NCBI GenBank assembly: GCA_016789305.1
Contig: JAEURJ010000023.1
Span: forward strand, 732,084 to 796,083
DNA: 64,000 nucleotides
Reading direction: 5' to 3'
Source: Anaerolineales bacterium
GTDB lineage: Bacteria > Chloroflexota > Anaerolineae > Anaerolineales > Villigracilaceae
Under the pieces are notes generated by a model, which worked only from the letters and a program-made list of their open reading frames with translations, made no database searches and had not been told where the DNA came from. The position numbers and the translations under genes are program-made. Positions 61,387 to 64,000 of the stretch are shown here, in pieces (the stretch's first letter is position 1; the number at the start of each line of letters is the position of its first letter).

Positions 61387-63009
61387 ATGGAAACCCTCTC
61401 CTCCGCGCTTGACCCCAACTCCGATGAATTCAAAGCCAATGCAGAACATAACCGTGCGCTCACGGCTGAACTTAGAAATCGTCTTGCGCTTGTGCGACAG
61501 GGCGGCGGTGAGAAATATCGTCAACGCCATGAGGAGCAGGGGAAATTATTTGTGCGCGAACGCATCGAACGATTGCTCGATCCCGGTGCGCCGTTCCTCG
61601 AACTCTCTGCGCTTGCGGCGGGCGATATGTATAAAGGAGAGGCGCCAAGTGCAGGTATTGTCACCGGCATCGGGCGTGTTTCGAATCGTGAAGTGATGAT
61701 CGTGGCCAACGATGCCACGGTCAAGGGTGGCTCGTATTTTTCGATGACCGTCAAGAAACATTTGCGCGCGCAACAGATCGCGGAAGAAAATCATCTGCCC
61801 TGTCTGTATCTCGTCGATTCAGGCGGGGCCTTTTTGCCGCTGCAGGATGAGGTCTTTCCCGACGCACATCACTTCGGCCGCATCTTCTACAATCAGGCGC
61901 GCATGTCTGCGAAGCGCATTCCGCAGATCGCGGCGGTGATGGGCAATTGCACGGCGGGCGGCGCGTACGTCCCGGCGATGAGCGATGAAGCGATCATTGT
62001 CAAAGGCGCGGGCACGATCTTCTTGGGTGGTCCGCCGTTAGTAAAAGCCGCGACCGGTGAAGATGTCACTGCGGAAGAATTGGGCGGCGCGGATGTGCAC
62101 ACACGAAAATCGGGTGTTGCGGATCATTTTGCGGAGGACGACGATCATGCGATCGAAATCCTGCGGGGAATCGTTGAAACGCTGCAACGTTCACACGTGA
62201 ACACGCATCTTTCCACGCTGGAAGTTGCTCCGCCGGAAGAACCTTTATACGCCGCTGACGAATTGTACGGCGTCCTGCCGCGTACGTTTAAAGAATCGTA
62301 TGACGTCCACGAGATCATCGCGCGCATCGTGGATGGCAGCAAGTTCCGCGAGTTCAAGGCGCGCTATGGCACAACGATCGTTTGTGGTTTTGCACGTATT
62401 CATGGATACCCCGTGGGTATCATCGCGAATAACGGTGTTTTATTTAGCGAGTCTGCACTGAAAGCGACTCACTTTATTGAGTTGTGTGATCAACGCGGGA
62501 TTCCGCTTTTATTTTTACAGAACATCACCGGCTTCATGGTTGGCAAGGAGTATGAAACTGGCGGCATCGCCAAGGACGGCGCGAAGATGGTCCATGCGGT
62601 GGCGACGACGCGTGTTCCAAAGTTAACATTGGTCATCGGCGGCTCGTTTGGTGCCGGTAATTACGCGATGGCGGGCCGTGCGTACGGTTCACGCTTCCTA
62701 TGGATGTGGCCGAATGCGCGCATCTCGGTGATGGGCGGAGAACAGGCCGCGAATGTGCTCTTAACCATCAAGCAGGATCAACTCACTCGCGAAGGTAAAC
62801 CAGCTCTCAGTGCGAAAGAAGCGGAAGATTTCAAGCGTCCACTATTGGAAAAATATGAAACCGAAGGCAGTCCCTATCATTCCAGTGCAAGATTATGGGA
62901 CGACGGTGTCATCGCTCCGGATGAGACACGTCAGGTGTTGGGGCTGGCTTTGTCGATTGTGTTGAATTCGCCGAAGGAAGAGGGTGGGTTTGGGGTGTTT
63001 AGGATGTAA
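61387..63009 (+). CDS. mccB: methylcrotonyl-CoA carboxylase beta (carboxyltransferase) subunit
   Basis: [55 protein letters not shown]. Start placed at METLS. Confidence 0.9.
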   Translation: METLSSALDPNSDEFKANAEHNRALTAELRNRLALVRQGGGEKYRQRHEEQGKLFVRERIERLLDPGAPFLELSALAAGDMYKGEAPSAGIVTGIGRVSNREVMIVANDATVKGGSYFSMTVKKHLRAQQIAEENHLPCLYLVDSGGAFLPLQDEVFPDAHHFGRIFYNQARMSAKRIPQIAAVMGNCTAGGAYVPAMSDEAIIVKGAGTIFLGGPPLVKAATGEDVTAEELGGADVHTRKSGVADHFAEDDDHAIEILRGIVETLQRSHVNTHLSTLEVAPPEEPLYAADELYGVLPRTFKESYDVHEIIARIVDGSKFREFKARYGTTIVCGFARIHGYPVGIIANNGVLFSESALKATHFIELCDQRGIPLLFLQNITGFMVGKEYETGGIAKDGAKMVHAVATTRVPKLTLVIGGSFGAGNYAMAGRAYGSRFLWMWPNARISVMGGEQAANVLLTIKQDQLTREGKPALSAKEAEDFKRPLLEKYETEGSPYHSSARLWDDGVIAPDETRQVLGLALSIVLNSPKEEGGFGVFRM

Positions 63010-63036
63010 GGTATGGAAAGTAGTTAGTGGTGAGTG
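63009..63036. repeat. left heptamer array flanking four-helix-bundle gene
   Basis: (AGGTATG)/GAAAGTA/GTTAGTG/GTGAGTG. Confidence 0.6.
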
Positions 63037-63046
63037 GAGGATTGGC

Positions 63047-63523
63047 GTGAAGTATTTGGAATGGCAAGCTGGTGTTTCGGATGAAATCAAGGGCGATTCA
63101 CTTTGGAGGCTTGAAGTATATCGTCTTGCGTTATTTGCATCTGATATTGCATGGCAGGATGCGTTTGTTTTGAATAAGACGCCACTGACTCGCTCTTTGG
63201 CAGACCAACTCTATCGCGCAGTTTGTTCAATTTCTGCTAATATTGCCGAAGGCTATTCCCGTTCGACAGGAAAAGACCGCGCACGATTTCTGGAGTACTC
63301 CCTTGGTTCTGCTCGTGAAGCACGCGATTGGTATTTCAACTCCCATCACACTTTAAAAGAAGAAGTTGTAAATCATCGAATTAATTTATTGACTCAAATT
63401 ATCAAGATGTTAAGTATTCTTACACCCAACCAGCGCCAAAAAGGAATTCGAGAAGAGCAAACCGAGTACATCACTTTACTATCATCAGATTTCAATTTCG
63501 ATTCAGAGATTCCATTCTCTTAA
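63047..63523 (+). CDS. four helix bundle protein (23S-IVP/bAvd-like family)
   Basis: LEVYRLA, DQLYRAVCSISANIAEGYSR, FLEYSLGSAREARDW. GTG start after GGAGG. Confidence 0.9.
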   Translation: MKYLEWQAGVSDEIKGDSLWRLEVYRLALFASDIAWQDAFVLNKTPLTRSLADQLYRAVCSISANIAEGYSRSTGKDRARFLEYSLGSAREARDWYFNSHHTLKEEVVNHRINLLTQIIKMLSILTPNQRQKGIREEQTEYITLLSSDFNFDSEIPFS

Positions 63524-63525
63524 CT

Positions 63526-63546
63526 CACTTTCTACTTTCTACTTAC
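63526..63546. repeat. right (inverted) heptamer array flanking four-helix-bundle gene
   Basis: CACTTTC/TACTTTC/TACTTAC, the reverse complement of GAAAGTG/GAAAGTA/GTAAGTA. Confidence 0.7.
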
Positions 63547-63557
63547 TAAAAGGTCCC

Positions 63558-64000
63558 ATGTCCCACGAAACCTCCACCCCCCACCATTTTTTCGCCCGCC
63601 TCGCCGGCAACTGGCGTGGCACATCAAAGCTCTGGCTTGAACCCGGCAAACTGGCCGATGAATCCCCTGTTGTTGGGACGATCCAGCTTTTGCTTGAAGG
63701 GCGCTTTGCGCTTTATCTGTACCAGGGCTCCATTGAAGGTGAACCGCAGCACGGCATGTTCACCTTCGGCTATAACACCACGCTCGAACAGTTCGAAGCC
63801 AGCTGGGTCGATAGTTTTCACAATAATACGGGCATCATGTTTTGCACGGGTCATGAGATCGAAAATGGATTTTCCGTCACCGGCAGTTTTCCCGACCCCA
63901 GCGGCGGACCCGATTGGAGCTGGCGCACCGAGGTGGAACTGCTTGATGATGAGTTGACCATCACTGCTTATAACATCGCTCCCGAGGGCGAAGAAACCAA
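63558..64000 (+). CDS. DUF1579-family protein (runs off window end)
   Basis: Manual translation MSHETSTPHHFFARLAGNWRGTSKLWLEPG...SWVDSFHNNTGIMFC...GPDWSWRT; no stop before 64000. Confidence 0.8.
   Translation, partial: MSHETSTPHHFFARLAGNWRGTSKLWLEPGKLADESPVVGTIQLLLEGRFALYLYQGSIEGEPQHGMFTFGYNTTLEQFEASWVDSFHNNTGIMFCTGHEIENGFSVTGSFPDPSGGPDWSWRTEVELLDDELTITAYNIAPEGEET

Noticed and set aside
63047-63523. 23S rRNA intervening sequence or DGR Avd
   Set aside because: The flanks are protein-coding genes; there is no rRNA, reverse transcriptase or TR/VR pair in the window.
1-64000. tRNA, rRNA, known riboswitch, IS or prophage genes
   Set aside because: No cloverleaf, rRNA signature, aptamer consensus, transposase, integrase or phage structural motif was recognised by eye; cmscan and tRNAscan would be needed to exclude weak cases.

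Overview
A 64 kb bacterial chromosomal window of about 70 CDS. It is probably from an Anaerolineales/Chloroflexota genome; this is inferred from gene families such as the NBR1-Ig lipoprotein, GAF-rich kinases and an inactivated COG1743-like methylase, and was not tested. I saw no rRNA, tRNA, CRISPR array, integrase, transposase or reverse transcriptase. Core genes: nth, pyrC/pyrB/pyrF, ppc, budA, mutS2, mccB, a class-3 asparaginase, a squalene-synthase-like enzyme, alpha-carbonic anhydrase, SulP, a sulfatase, an M1 peptidase, a DUF1800/DUF1501 pair and several signalling proteins. Many small accessory genes lie between them. Four signals stand out. (1) Gene junctions, and some protein loops, carry degenerate short tandem repeats with 7-, 8- and 9-nt periods, often as a direct array followed by its inverted copy. 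One inverted heptamer pair still flanks a four-helix-bundle gene (63047-63523), so the empty copies may be footprints of an undescribed cassette or mobile system. (2) The pyrC operon leader encodes a 23-aa leader peptide, U-rich tracts and an intrinsic terminator, consistent with UTP-sensing attenuation. (3) Stand-alone PyrC and PyrB look unusually like the DHO and ATC domains of animal CAD. (4) At least three REP-like palindrome families are present, one embedded in-frame in pyrF. Also seen: an 11-bp-phased ATATAG array, an attI/attC-like site ahead of an AT-rich peptidase gene, and frequent leaderless promoters. All family calls come from motif recognition by eye; no database search was run.
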